64,000 nucleotides of DNA from the human T2T-CHM13v2.0 reference genome, Homo sapiens, in assembly GCF_009914755.1 (NCBI RefSeq), contig NC_060925.1. The stretch is one strand, 5' to 3'. Both the position numbers and the translations under genes were made by a program. Of this stretch, positions 13,289 through 27,386 are shown piece after piece (within the stretch, counting starts at the first letter, position 1; every line of letters begins with the position of its first letter). The notes below the pieces were generated by a model that saw only the letters and a program-made list of their open reading frames with translations, was not told the origin of the DNA and ran no database searches.

Positions 13289-14164
13289 AGAATGGTATCT
13301 GTGTGGACTCTGTCAGTATGAATGGGCTTGGGAGGGACTGTGAAACTTATCTGAAAAACAATCCAAATATCAAAGCAAAACAGAAACTCCTCCCAGTTTG
13401 AATTAAACCTTGCGCGATGTCAGTAGAAATCAAGTACAACACTTGGAAAGAACGCTTGGCTGCCATGAATTTATGGGCTAATTCTTGCAGCCAGCAGTCT
13501 CAGTGCACAAAAACTGCTTTAGTGCAAACAGAAGTGATAGGGAACTTCCTAATTTATTTTAAAGAGTTAGTACAACTCAGATACTAAAACCTGACAAATG
13601 GAATGAAAAAATTCTGTAGCTACAGGCTCTCTAAAAAGATAGAGGCAAAGATTTCAAATAAAAGGATAGTAAATTACATCTGGCAAAATTAAGGGAAAAA
13701 CAAACATATTAAAGCCAAGTAAGAATGTCTTCCAGAAATCCAAAAATGTTGTAATAGTAAGTAATGAATATAGTATATGAAGAAAAGAAGAAAATAAATG
13801 ATTGTTCCAATAGATTCTCAAAAGAAACTTGATAAAAACGCACACTTATTCCTGCATTTAAAAACAACACCATCTTTTTAAGTAGAAGTTGGTACAACAC
13901 CCTCTCCATGTCTGCTTCCGGTCTTGCTTGCCTGATGGCCCTTTAAGGAGATGCACTCGGCTTTGATTCCTAACTGTCTTGACCTAGTACAATTTTTTCA
14001 AAAGGGGCTCAGAACACAGATTTGGCTTCCATTTCTCGCACAGGACCATTACTGCTCTTTACTTTTCTCTTTCTTTATAACAGTCAGACTCTGTACACTT
14101 GGCCCATTTCCATTATATTATGCCTCATTGTTGGATCTCTTCAGGCATAAAGAGACATCAAGTG

Positions 14165-14542
<378 letters not shown>

Positions 14543-15620
14543 CTACATGGACCACAGCACAGAGGGGCTTCTCTGATGCAATCATACGTTGCTTTGACTT
14601 TTCAAACCCAGTGGGCACCATTCCAAACCTGATATCTCTTTCCCAGTTCTCTTTCCTAAGCTTCCAGCCAGTTAGACACCATATATTGCCTTGGCAGAAA
14701 GGGTGATTAGTAGTATTTCCTTCTAGAGATATTCTAGAAATGAGTACATATACAACACATTTTTCTTTCGACAGATAAGACATGATCGCCATGTCCTCTT
14801 TAAAACTTTTAATTTCAATATATTAATAATATGTATTGCTCATTATCTTCCAAATTTTTAAATTATTTTTAAGGCTTAGAAGCAATCACACAAATAACAG
14901 CACTGCCCAGGACAGGAGGTTACTTCATTCATATGATACAGAACATCTGTTCAAAGCTAACAATCTACCTCATATTTAATAGGGAAACACTAGAGACACT
15001 GCCAGGACTAAGAATAGCCACTATTATCACAATTATTCAATCTTGCTTAGGAAATTGTGGCCAATGTAATAAAACTGGGGATGTAAAAAGATGGAAAGGA
15101 AGAGAGAAAATCATTGTTATGCAGATGATCTGTGATCCACTTAGAAAACACAAGGAAATAAATTGAAATTAAAATTGACAAGGGAAGCCAATAAGGTGAC
15201 CAAATACAAAATAAATATTCAAATTACTTTTCCATATATTAGCAATAACCAGTTCAAAAATATAATAGAACAATACTTCAAGACAGCAATGAAAGGTATG
15301 ATAAAAGTAGAAACAACGCTAAGAAATGTGGAAGATGTATTTAAAGAAAACTATAAAATCCTTCTCAAGGGGTTAAAAGAAAACCAAGGTAAATTGGGAA
15401 ACATTCAATTCATGGAAGATATAAACGCAAACAAAATTCATATATAGGGTTTATGAAACGCTAATCAAAAGTACATCAATTTTTACCTCATTAAAAAAAT
15501 CCAAGAGTTCGTTGAGTAGATAGTAGCTAAGATCATTTTGGGAACAAGAAAGTAATAAAGGGAATTCTTACTTTTCAAATTTTAAATATGCTATAAAACT
15601 ACATTAATTAAAACAATGTG

Positions 15621-15959
<339 letters not shown>

Positions 15960-16427
15960 TTAGTTATTATAGGTAGAATTACAAGTCTGTGAAGAAAGAT
16001 AGGATTTCTTGAGATAGACAATTTTTTAACTGTGTGGGGAAAAAATTAACAGACTCTTTTCCAATTGGATGGACTCTTTAAAGATAAAAAGCAGAATGAT
16101 AATGAAAACTAGAAGAATGTTAATAAGTATCAAATCCCTAGATAACAAAACTCTTTCAATGCATTCAATCATTGAAAAATATAACTAAGAGAATAATAAA
16201 TGTGGCTACATATAAATTAAAAATTTTGTTGCACACAAACCAAACATAAACTAAATAAAAAGGAAAAAACAGAAAAAGATATTTGCAAAAACAGAAAAGA
16301 AAGCCTTTAGAAGCTTAGTATTGTAGCACATAAAGAGCTTTTGAAAAATCAGTAAAACAGTAACATCCAAATAGAAAAATAGACAAAGGAGAAGAATAGA
16401 TAATTTACAAAAGAAGAAATTAAAATG

Positions 16428-16660
16428 CCCAGGAGTTTGAGACCAGCCTGGGCAACATGGTGAAACCCCTTCTCTACAAAAAATACAAAAATTGGCCTGG
16501 CATGGTGGCACATGCCTGTGGTCCCAGCTACTTGAGAGGCTGAGGTGGAAGGATCACCTGAGCCTGGGGGTGAGGTTGAAGCTGCAGTGAGCCATGATCA
16601 CACCACTGCATTCTAGCCTGGGCAACAAGAGTAAGACCCTGTCTCAAGAAAAAGAAAATT
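16428..16660 (+). mobile_element. 5' truncated AluJ
   Basis: cccaggagtttgagaccagcctgggcaac...gaccctgtctc. Confidence 0.85.
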
Positions 16661-17139
16661 AAAGAAATGAAATAAAAATGTCCAATAATAAAAATGTTCA
16701 TACTTACTAGTAATGAGAGATGTAAATTTGATAGGGATGAGATTCATTTATTGTCTAGTAAGTTATTGTCAGCAGGATGAAAGCTCTCACAGATGGTTGT
16801 TAGAGGCATAAATTCATGCAACTTTTCTGGAAAGCAATTTGGGTGACACATATCAAATTAAAAAAAGTCTTGATCCTGTGATTTCATGTTTAAAAATGCA
16901 TTGTAAGGAAATGATAGAGCAGCTGTATCAACGGGCTTTAAAATGTTCAAACTTTTGGATATAGTAATTACTCAGGGAATCAATCACAGGGCAAACTTGG
17001 AAATACAGTCAAAATTGGATATGAAATTTTGTTTATTCATTGATGTTTTATTTTAGTACTGACAAATTGGGAGGGGAAACTAAGTTCAACAAGTTAGTCT
17101 GAATACATATGATAGTATTAAAAGATATAAAATTATTAA

Positions 17140-17472
<333 letters not shown>

Positions 17473-18222
17473 TAAATAATAATATTAAAAAATTAAATAT
17501 GCTAAGTTTTTTTTAAAGCAGGAAACAAAGCTATCTGTGCAGTGAGTGTTATGTTGATATATACAAAGTGAAAAATGCTTCAACTTGGTAACAGTAGCTC
17601 ATTTCTGATGGTGAGACATGTTTTTTTCTTTTCTTCATGCTTTTTGCCATTTTCCAAATTTTCTATACCGGTCATGCATGGTTATATACTTAAAAAATAC
17701 AATTAAACAATAAGGTGTAGGGGGAAAGCATTCCAACTATAATAGCAACAAAAGTCATAAATACCTAATACATGGAAACATTTAAAATACCTATGAACAT
17801 ACCAGAACTCTACAAAAACCATGTGAAATAAACTAATCAGAAAACAAACAAACAAGAAATGTCAGCAAATCTTTTGTGGGAAATAAAAGAGGGCTCTTGA
17901 CCTGCTAGGGATGAAGGGAATAGATTCAAAGGTGCCTGAGGACTTAGTCTGTATTAATGCTAACAACAGCCCTAAGCCAGACTTGGCTTTTCTGCTGCGT
18001 AGAAATACATTCTGATACCATTTTTGCAATCCCCTCAGATACTTTCTGGCAAACAGAAATGACTCTGATGACAATTTAACAATTTTGCTATGATGGGATG
18101 TCCTTGTTTCTTGGATCATGAGAGGAAAATCACAGAAAGGCAATCTGTCAGAAACTGAGCATAGACTCTGACCCTTTGAAATGACGACATCACCTAAACA
18201 TCTAACCTTCCTATATTTTCAG

Positions 18223-18400
18223 ATGTTCAGCAGGTATTACTGGTACAAATGTAGTAAAGAAGTGTCAGGGAGGCAGCTGTTACACCAAAAGATGCACATT
18301 CAATAAAGTAACAGGACTCTATGAAAAAGGATGTGAGTTTGTTCTCCAATCCCGCCAGACGGAGAAGGCTTCTATAATGTTTGCACAACATGTTGATTCT
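18223..18400 (+). CDS. CLCA1: CLCA1 coding exon 5 (Cys-rich)
   Basis: ttttcag|A; [24 protein letters not shown]...MFAQHVDS; TCT|GTAAGT. Confidence 0.98.
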
Positions 18401-19836
18401 GTAAGTACCTTGTTCTCACCCCCTCCCCCAGATTCTTATGAATTTAGTGAGGCTTTTACTCCAAGTGCTCCAAGGGAGAATCAAAGTTTAGAGAAATCAT
18501 CAGTGAGCAGTGGATTATCTCTGGGACAAGCTGGGTGTGCAAGTCAAGGATAAAGTCCTGTCTTCCTTCCCCTTACCCTCCTCGTGTCCACGCTTTCTTC
18601 TCCATCATCTCCCTCCCACTAGTTTTTAGTTCAAGTGCTTAGGATTACTTTAAATACTCACAAAGGCATACAAGCACACACATTCTTACTTAAATAAGGA
18701 CTTAACCCAGGGGGATTAGGCAGTTCCTTTTATTAGTTAATAAAGACATGATCAGTAGGCTCTTGATTTAACTTTCAGAGAGCTCTTTTCAGACTGCATG
18801 TTTGCTTTTGGTTGTTAACTGAAATTTTCTATCTTTTTAAGAGTGTTGGTTACATTAGGGAGTTTACACATAGTTTAAATAGCTTTAAATAGTTTTAAAA
18901 TTCTTAATGTTTTTAATGAATAACTGGTCATAAAATGAACTTGGCCAGTTATTGATATTACTGCTAAATATATAAATCAGAAATTTTGTGCAAAATGAGA
19001 TTGAAGGCATCAGTTAACTGACTTCAGTGGGAAGTCTCTCTTATCTTCCAGTCTCATATAAAATTACATTTTCCTTTTGGAATAGAGGGTGCAATAAATT
19101 GCAAGAGTCTGTTCAACTGGAATGGAGCATAAGTTTTTAAAATGTGATGCACCATGGCTCACCAGGCCCATCGTCCTTCAATTTGGCATTGCAGTCCATT
19201 CCCAGGCGTATTCAGAAACTTCCAGGAGGAGGCCCAGATTATATATTTTAAATTAGCCACAGAGTTAAATATGATGCCTAGTCAGGTGTGGAAGCCTCTG
19301 CCTGGGGTTTACACAAACGTTTTTCAGGTCTGCTTCCTAAAAAGTATCCATATTGATAACATAAAAACATTACCAAAACACATGACCTGAAAAACGCACA
19401 TAAAGAGAAAAATGTTGTACAACTAATGATTACTTTCTAAATTAATAGCATCCCAGATATTAGGATTTGTAATTGCATGATAATATTGTAAAGTCACTGA
19501 GAGGAGGAATCATGTTACTTTTCTTTTGTATACTATGCCTTAAAAAAAAAATCCCCCACAGGCGAGAGATATAAATACTAGCAAGTGTTATATGACATAA
19601 GAAAGGTAAAGGAACCATCATTTATTGGCTGTGTTAGTATTGACCTTAGTGCATATATTCTCATTTATTTCCTGCATAATAACTATCACTATTTTGTAGA
19701 TTTAATAATTCAGGTGCAGAGAGGTTAAGGTTACTCAAAAAATAACAAAGTCATATTGAGTTTTTGTTATGTGTCAGGCACTAGGGCTAAATTTTGAGGA
19801 AGCAAAATTTAGTAAGCAGGTTTCTGTAATAGATGG

Positions 19837-20197
19837 TGTATTAATTCATTTTCACACCTCTATAAACTATATCTAAGACTGGATAATTTATAAATGAAAG
19901 AGGTTTCATTGACTCACAGTTCCACATGGCTAGGGAGGCCTCAGGAAACTTACCATCATGGTGGAAGGCGAAGGAGAAGCAAGGCACACCTTACGAGGTG
20001 GCAGGAGAGAGAGAATGCAAGGGAAATTGCCGCTTACAAAATCATCAGATTACGTGGGAACTCACTCAATATCACAAGAACAGCATGGAGGAAACCATCT
20101 CGATGATCCAATCACCTCCCACCAGATCCCTCCCTCGACACGTGGGGATTACAAATCAAGATGAGATTTGGGTGGGACACAGAGCCAAACCATATCA
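19837..20197 (-). mobile_element. THE1/MST-type MaLR solo LTR
   Basis: Reverse complement starts TGATATGGTTTGGCTCTGTGTCCC; 5-bp TSD GATGG at 19832-19836 and 20198-20202. Confidence 0.9.
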
Positions 20198-21360
20198 GAT
20201 GGATTTACAGTCCAGTAAGTGCACTGCAATGTTAAAGGGGCCTTATTGAAATTTCTACAAGATACCGTGAAGCTATAAAGGGTGGAATGGAAATTCTCAG
20301 GAGGAAGAGTAGAAAATGGAGAAACATTTCGGAAGTGACTTTTTGGCTGAACATGAAGGTAGAGTTTACAACGTAGAAGACAGAGGAGGAGCAATAGAGA
20401 TGCCAAAGGCTGGCAAGTTTGGGAACTGACAGGCTATAGTGGGGTAAATTAGAGACATGGAATACACAGCCAGAATGAGAATGGAGAATGAAGCAAAGCT
20501 CCAAGTCATAGAGTTTGCCATTGGTATATGAAGAGTGGATTGTAATGTATGAACAATTAAAGCAGAGGAGTAAGAGGAAAGACTCTCAGGCAGCTGTGAG
20601 GTGGAACAAACAGAGAGGAAACAAGATGGAAAAGTCACAAAGTAAACTGCAATCGTCTGAGGGAGGGACTGTGATGGCTTGGGTGATGGATATTTCATTG
20701 GAGATGGAGAAAAGATGAAGAAATTGAGATATAGTGAAGTGCACTGGTCTTGGGTACTTTTTAGGAGGGAAAAGGTAGGAAAACTTCCAGTTTCCTAATT
20801 TTGGTGATGGGGTGCATAGTGGTGACATCAAGTTAGGAAATACCTGAGGAGGAGGAGCAGATGGGAGAAAAGTGATAAGGTCAATAATGAACATGTGGAG
20901 TTTGAGGCGCATGTGAGACATCCAAGTGGATTTTGGAGAGAGCTGGAACATTGGGAGTTGAAGGTTAGAATATAGTGTGTTGGTAAATGAGTGAGAAGTA
21001 AGGAAGTGGAGTTTGGTGGTATAAGGGTGGAGAGATAAGATGGTTCCAAGAGAGGAATGCTGGAGAGGGTGCTATGGAGAGAGCAGTGATGGCTTGAAAT
21101 GGTAAATTTGAGGAGTAGGAAGGAAACCAAAAAGAGGAGGTAAATGGATTGCTGAGGAGCACTAAGGGTCCAATGAGATTGAAGGCCTGGTTTAAGGTAG
21201 GAAATCTGCATTATTACTGTGATTTTCCCCAGCACTGTTCCACAGTGATTGTGCAATTGAGCCAAGGTTATGCATTAGCAGAGCAGACAGGTCTAACAAA
21301 TTATTAAATATTCTACCACATAGTTTACCATTATCTATATAATTTCATTGACAATTTCAG

Positions 21361-21579
21361 ATAGTTGAATTCTGTACAGAACAAAACCACAACAAAGAAG
21401 CTCCAAACAAGCAAAATCAAAAATGCAATCTCCGAAGCACATGGGAAGTGATCCGTGATTCTGAGGACTTTAAGAAAACCACTCCTATGACAACACAGCC
21501 ACCAAATCCCACCTTCTCATTGCTGCAGATTGGACAAAGAATTGTGTGTTTAGTCCTTGACAAATCTGGAAGCATGGCG
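21361..21579 (+). CDS. CLCA1: CLCA1 coding exon 6 (includes VWA MIDAS DKSGS)
   Basis: tttcag|ATA; [19 protein letters not shown]...[14 protein letters not shown]; GCG|GTATGT. Confidence 0.98.
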
Positions 21580-21873
21580 GTATGTTCAATGAGTCTTGGT
21601 CTTCTGGATGCTGGTCACAGATATGCATGTTCTGGACCCTGACTCGGAACTAGTTGCGAATAAACATAACCCGAGGGCCAGAATAGTTATAACTGTAACA
21701 TTGTCTTCAGAAATGCCCACTTCAACTTTGTTCAACAAAGGTTCAGCATCAACTATCTCATTTGCCAAATTGAATTAATTTTCAATTTATGAACCAAGAT
21801 CTGATGAATTATATGAGCTTAACATTTTTAATGTTTCACTGACAATATATAAGTCTATAGGTCCATAGTCTTA

Positions 21874-22260
21874 TATATTAGTCTGTTCTCATACTGCTAT
21901 AAAGAAATACCCAAGACTGAGTAATTTATAAAGGAAAGAGGTTTAATCAACTCACAGTTCCACACGGCTGGGGAGGCCTCAGGAAATTTACAATCATGGT
22001 GGAAGGGGAGGCAGGCATGTCTTACATGGCAGCAGGAGAGAGAGAGAGAGAGAGAGTGCGCAATGTGGGAAGAGCCCCTTAGCCCCTTATAAAACCATCA
22101 GATCTCGTCAGAACTCACTCACTGTAACGAGAACATCCTGGAAGAAACCACCTCCATGTTCCTCCCACCTCCCACCAGGTCCCTCCCTCGACATGTGGGG
22201 ATTATGGGGATTACAATTTGAGATGAGATTTGGTTGAGGACACAGAGCCAAACCGTATCA
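21874..22260 (-). mobile_element. THE1/MST-type MaLR solo LTR
   Basis: tatattagtctgttctc...acagagccaaaccgtatca, similar to the copy at 19837-20197. Confidence 0.9.
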
Positions 22261-22539
22261 CCTGATACAGAACTTACCTAGAATTATTACTAATGCATTG
22301 AACTTTAATGATTATGTAATCTGTTTTTATCTTTTACTATTTATACTCTGGCCCTAAAATTCTACCCAAAGGTGCTGCTAAATATAAATAAGAAATTTTT
22401 CCCCATAGGATATGCCTCAAGTAAGCTTATGGTCATTTGCTCTACATTAAGGCAGCCACTTCCAAATTCCCTATGGCCTTTTCTGTTATTAGTCTTTCCA
22501 TCTAAACGTAACCTGTTTTTCTTTTGCTTCTCCATTTAG

Positions 22540-22767
22540 ACTGGTAACCGCCTCAATCGACTGAATCAAGCAGGCCAGCTTTTCCTGCTGCAGACAGTTG
22601 AGCTGGGGTCCTGGGTTGGGATGGTGACATTTGACAGTGCTGCCCATGTACAAAGTGAACTCATACAGATAAACAGTGGCAGTGACAGGGACACACTCGC
22701 CAAAAGATTACCTGCAGCAGCTTCAGGAGGGACGTCCATCTGCAGCGGGCTTCGATCGGCATTTACT
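22540..22767 (+). CDS. CLCA1: CLCA1 coding exon 7 (VWA)
   Basis: catttag|ACT; TGNRLNRLNQAGQLFLLQ...GGTSICSGLRSAFT; ACT|GTGAGA. Confidence 0.98.
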
Positions 22768-25009
22768 GTGAGATGTGTTTTTCTATTGTAGTTTGGAATG
22801 TTTGCAATTTATGTTGCTTAACAAACTTCCATTTCCAGTGTTTCCATACATGCCTAGGGTCCAACTGGATGAGATAACCAAGGAGCAATATTCCATATTT
22901 ACTTGGAGACTGTTTAGCCACATGAAACAGAATAGGAGGTTGAAAGGGGCTGGCAGGCATAAGGTCTCAGAACCTTGCAGTGTCTTAGGCAGGTTTGCCC
23001 TAAGCCTGCTATTTGGGCACATCACACTCAATAGTGCTGTTCCAGTTTCCCATGTGGCAGCAGGAATATGTAGTTTCCAGCTCACATGGCCTGATGTGGA
23101 CAATGGGCTTGACCATTTCCTCAAGTGCTTTCTGTCTCTCTGACCATTTTGGTCCACTTTGAATATCAGTTCCCTGAAAGTGGTTTCTATTGCATACACA
23201 GTCAGCTATGAAACACTTCTCCAGATGCCTGCGTGCATCTGTGTTTTATTACCCCTGTCACCCACCCAAGCTTTGACTAAGGGAGCAAATAAGGGAGGAA
23301 AACAGACAATGAAATCACTGATGTGCTGTACCAAACCCTTGCTGTGCAAGACCCTAGGGGAGATGACTAATGCCAGATGGCGTGGTGGTGAAGAGAGAAC
23401 CTCTGATTCTGCATCTTCCATTCAGATGAGCGAGAGAGAGAGAGAGTGCAGTACACCAGTGGAATTTAGGATGCCCCCTGGGGTGGAGTCTGGGTGTGGG
23501 GTGGGAGAAGCTCATGTGGCTTCAGGGTGATGAGGCAAAGGACCTTGGATCTTATACTGTGTTCAAGATCCCTGCTAGTCCCTGCTGCAGGCCCTGGTCA
23601 GGTCTGCCCTGTGCTCCTTGCAGTGGTGTCTGCTGTGGCCATATTAGTTTGGCTTGTTCTCTTGGCTTGCTCAGGGCCCAGTAGTCCTCCTCCACTGACT
23701 CAGCCCCACCCTGGCTCTCCCCGTTGGAGCAGAGCCCTGAGCACCACCCTATCCTCCATCCAGCCTCTAGCCATACTGTATACTCCTCAGCCTCTGTGGC
23801 AGGATTATCCTTCTCTCACCTGCCAACACCCAACTCAGCTGTCTTCTGTCTCCTCTTTAGGATATGTGGCAACATTTGCCTGTTTTCCATGACACACAGC
23901 AGTTATGGGGAGTGCGACAAGAAAATCCAAATTGGGCCTCTCTGGCCTGCAGCTTAGTAAGGCCAAAGCCGTGATCACAGCTGACAGGCTTCTGGGCTCT
24001 GGGCTCTTTGACACAGCAACAGCAACAGTCACTGTTCTGTTCTCTTCTAGGGAGTCAAGGTAGCCTCCTCTAATAGCTGAAACAGTGAGTGAGGCGGAAA
24101 CCTCCTCTGCCCTCAGCTTTCCCTTCCACCTTCAGAGGACGCCTTCTTTTCTGAGATTCTAGGCCTTTGGAAGATGCCTTCTTATCTGAGATTCTAGGCC
24201 AGAGATGCTTAGGCTTGATTTCTTGTTTCCCCTAATTCTGGGTCTCTCCTTCCACTCCGTTTAGGGGAAGAGTGGACTCTTGCTTTCTCTTCTTAAATAG
24301 ATAGCATTATTCTTTTATCTAATTTTCCTCCCGTCCTAATCTTATTCAACATTGGCAGAAGGAGTATCCTGTCTATACCATATAAAAAAATAAATAAATA
24401 ATCCAAATATACCAGGAGTAGTTGAGACATAGGTGTCACAGAACAACTAGGAACTGAGAATTAATGGAAATGAAATGTTTTGCTTTAATCAGAAAGGCTG
24501 TTAAAAATATTGACAACTCATGTGACCTAGGTAATGACCAATCAGAACCAATGCCAGCCAGAAATAGCTGGTATTGTCAGACTGGTGAATATCATATAAG
24601 TTAAAGTCTGCCCTGGGTCTAATATCCCCCCAATATAATCCCCATTAAATGAGATGGTTTCTGAAGGCATCTTGGAAGCTCTGAAAGCCTATCAAGGAGA
24701 GACCAAGTGAAGGAAACTAGGAACACCTTCTTTGCTGTTTCCCCAGTGCTGTCCACCCCTAGAGTTGCCCTGCATCCCACACCGTCCCTCTCTGCAGCAG
24801 ACTAGCCAAGGGGAAAGACAGCGGTCAAGTTCCATGAATGCTGCTGGGTTAAGATTGTATCATTTCAAGACAGACAGATATTTGGTCATTCCCAGACAAT
24901 TTTGGTTATTCCCTCTAGAATTTCTTTTCTCCTTTCCTGTAAGCAGAATTTTCATAAACACTTTGGCCACCCTAAGTCTGATAACTCGTGCCCTAAATTC
25001 TGTCCTTAG

Positions 25010-25184
25010 GTGATTAGGAAGAAATATCCAACTGATGGATCTGAAATTGTGCTGCTGACGGATGGGGAAGACAACACTATAAGTGGGTGCTTTAACGAGG
25101 TCAAACAAAGTGGTGCCATCATCCACACAGTCGCTTTGGGGCCCTCTGCAGCTCAAGAACTAGAGGAGCTGTCCAAAATGACAG
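25010..25184 (+). CDS. CLCA1: CLCA1 coding exon 8 (VWA, LLTDGED)
   Basis: ccttag|GTG; VIRKKYPTDGSEIVLLTDGEDN...LSKMT; G|GTGAGG. Confidence 0.98.
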
Positions 25185-25905
25185 GTGAGGGATGATTTGC
25201 TGAGACCCCCGGTATTGTCTCTCCTACTGGACTGTGAGCTCCAGTGAACTGGGGAGTGGGGGAAAGATGGGATGGAGAGAGATAGGATAACCTAATTGGC
25301 TAACTAGCCACCCTTACCCCTGAATGACTGTTTAAGTGGACTCTGCCCATTTATTTTAAAGCTTTGTGTCTAGGACTAAGGCAGCCTGGAGAAGATGGAA
25401 CTAGCACAGCACTCTAGTGAGGACTCAGGACCTTCTTCCCGGGCCAGGAACCACTCCTTTCCAGTGGCAGCTGGCCAAGAGACCTAGGGGAGACAGATGA
25501 CAAGCCACTAACTACATAACACCATGGCATAAGTGCTATATTAGCAACAGAAAGTACAATAAAGCACAAATAAGGGAGGCTTTAACTTTACCTGGAGAAA
25601 AAGCATTCAAGAAACAGGAGAAGTAGCAGGGAAGAGCAAAGGGCATGTTAAACAAGGCAAAAGATCACTCCCAAAATGGAATACAATGCAGTTCCTCCAT
25701 AAAACCTTCACGTATTGTGTGTCTAACTCCCATACACAGACAGATGGTTAAAATAGATTCCATGTGTCACCAGCTTCTTTAGCAGAGTAGGTGAACACAT
25801 ATTTTTCTTTTTTAACTTAGGGATAATATTGTGGATCTCAATTATTATACTGAGTTGCCTTCTGAGGCCACTAAAATGCCAGAGCTGTTTATTCCTAATA
25901 CTACC

Positions 25906-26335
25906 TGTCCTAGGCTGGGTTTCTTAGAAGCAGAGCCTGAGACAGGGATTTGGGTCCATGCAATTTATAGGAGAGAGAGCTCTTAGGAGAAAAGGAAGGA
26001 GGAAAGGATAGGGCCAGGGAAGGAGCTAAGCACTGATGCAGACCTAGTCGGAGTCTAGCTGTGCCCACAGGGGACTCTGGAATGGAAAGTACATCACAGA
26101 CTTGTCTCACCTTGAGACAGGAGGGTGGCCTTTTGCACCATTGTGTCTATCAGTCTTTGGCTGTGGACTGTCAGAACAGGGCAGAGGAGAGGGGCATGTT
26201 ATTTCTCTAGGTAGGGTGGCCCCTTTTGGTAAGATAATTCCCTGGAAGAGGAGGCAGCTATAAGCCAATGCCTAGAGCAGCTGGGAAGAGATGCACTTGG
26301 CTGGGTAAGGGGATGTGCGTGGGGCATCAACAGCC
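25906..26335 (-). mobile_element. Old ERVL-type LTR (LTR16/33/41-like)
   Basis: tgtcctaggctgggtttcttagaagcagagcctgagac is the reverse complement of a typical LTR16/33 terminus. Confidence 0.5.
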
Positions 26336-26797
26336 TTACTGAAATTATTTCCTTAAGTTCAGATGGAATTATAATAGTTAAAAAGTGCTTTCACATCAAC
26401 TAACTTAGTGACACCTATTCTAAATAGCCCAGGACTGCCTGGCCTGGTGTAAAATCCTGTTTTTATAATATACTATTCTGTAAGTGTCCCTTTGTCCACT
26501 GTTTTTTCTTGCTGCTGTCACATATGTGCCTTTCCTCATTTAGAAGAAAACTCTAAAGCCACGTTTGTTGGAATTATGTTTCAAATAAGAGTAAATCGAT
26601 AGTCCTGGAGTACGGCTTAATGACTTCTCTCATGTAAAAGTGCAGGACCTTTAATATGTAGATTTTATGACATCAATTTATATCATAAATTAATATCAAA
26701 TCATATCAGAGATTCATGGCTGCTTTGCAGATAGTTGAAGTAGCCAGGTGACTGAGATGTTGCTGAAGCTATTATTTACTAAGATTTAAAAATTAGT

Positions 26798-27100
26798 GGC
26801 TGGGTGTGGTGGCTCACTCCTGTAATCCCAGAATTTTAGGAGGCCAAGGCAGGTGGATTTATTGAGCCCAGGAGTTCAAGACCAGCCTGAGTAACATGGC
26901 AAAACCCATCTCTAAAAAAAAAAAAAAAAAAAAAAAATACAAAAATTAGACATGTTGGCATATGCTTGTAATCCCAGCTACTTGGGAGCTGAGGTAGGAA
27001 GATCGCTTGAGCCTGGAAGGTGGAGGTTGCAGTGAGCCAGGATCATGCCACTGTACTCCACCCTGGGCAACAGAGTGAGAGCCTGTCTTAGAAAAAATAA
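26798..27100 (+). mobile_element. AluJ with expanded middle A tract
   Basis: Alu body with a long A run at 26914-26938. Confidence 0.9.
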
Positions 27101-27279
27101 ATAGGTTAAAAAAATAGTATCAAATTCTGAGTTAATGTAGGCACCTATTTGATGTTGATCTATTTATACTTTAATAACACAAAGGGATATTTATATTGTA
27201 TGCTCTCTAAACAACAGCTAAAATGTTGCAAATAGTTGCTTTCTGGAAAATAATTTCTGAAAATGTAATTGCATTTTAG

Positions 27280-27386
27280 GAGGTTTACAGACATATGCTT
27301 CAGATCAAGTTCAGAACAATGGCCTCATTGATGCTTTTGGGGCCCTTTCATCAGGAAATGGAGCTGTCTCTCAGCGCTCCATCCAG
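27280..27386 (+). CDS. CLCA1: CLCA1 coding exon 9
   Basis: ttttag|GA; GGLQTYASDQVQNNGLIDAFGALSSGNGAVSQRSIQ; CAG|GTTGGA. Confidence 0.98.

Noticed and set aside
19837-22260. A single THE1 provirus with two LTRs that captured exon 6
   Set aside because: The left LTR has its own 5-bp TSD, and the interior is L2-like intron plus an ancestral CLCA exon, not THE1 internal sequence
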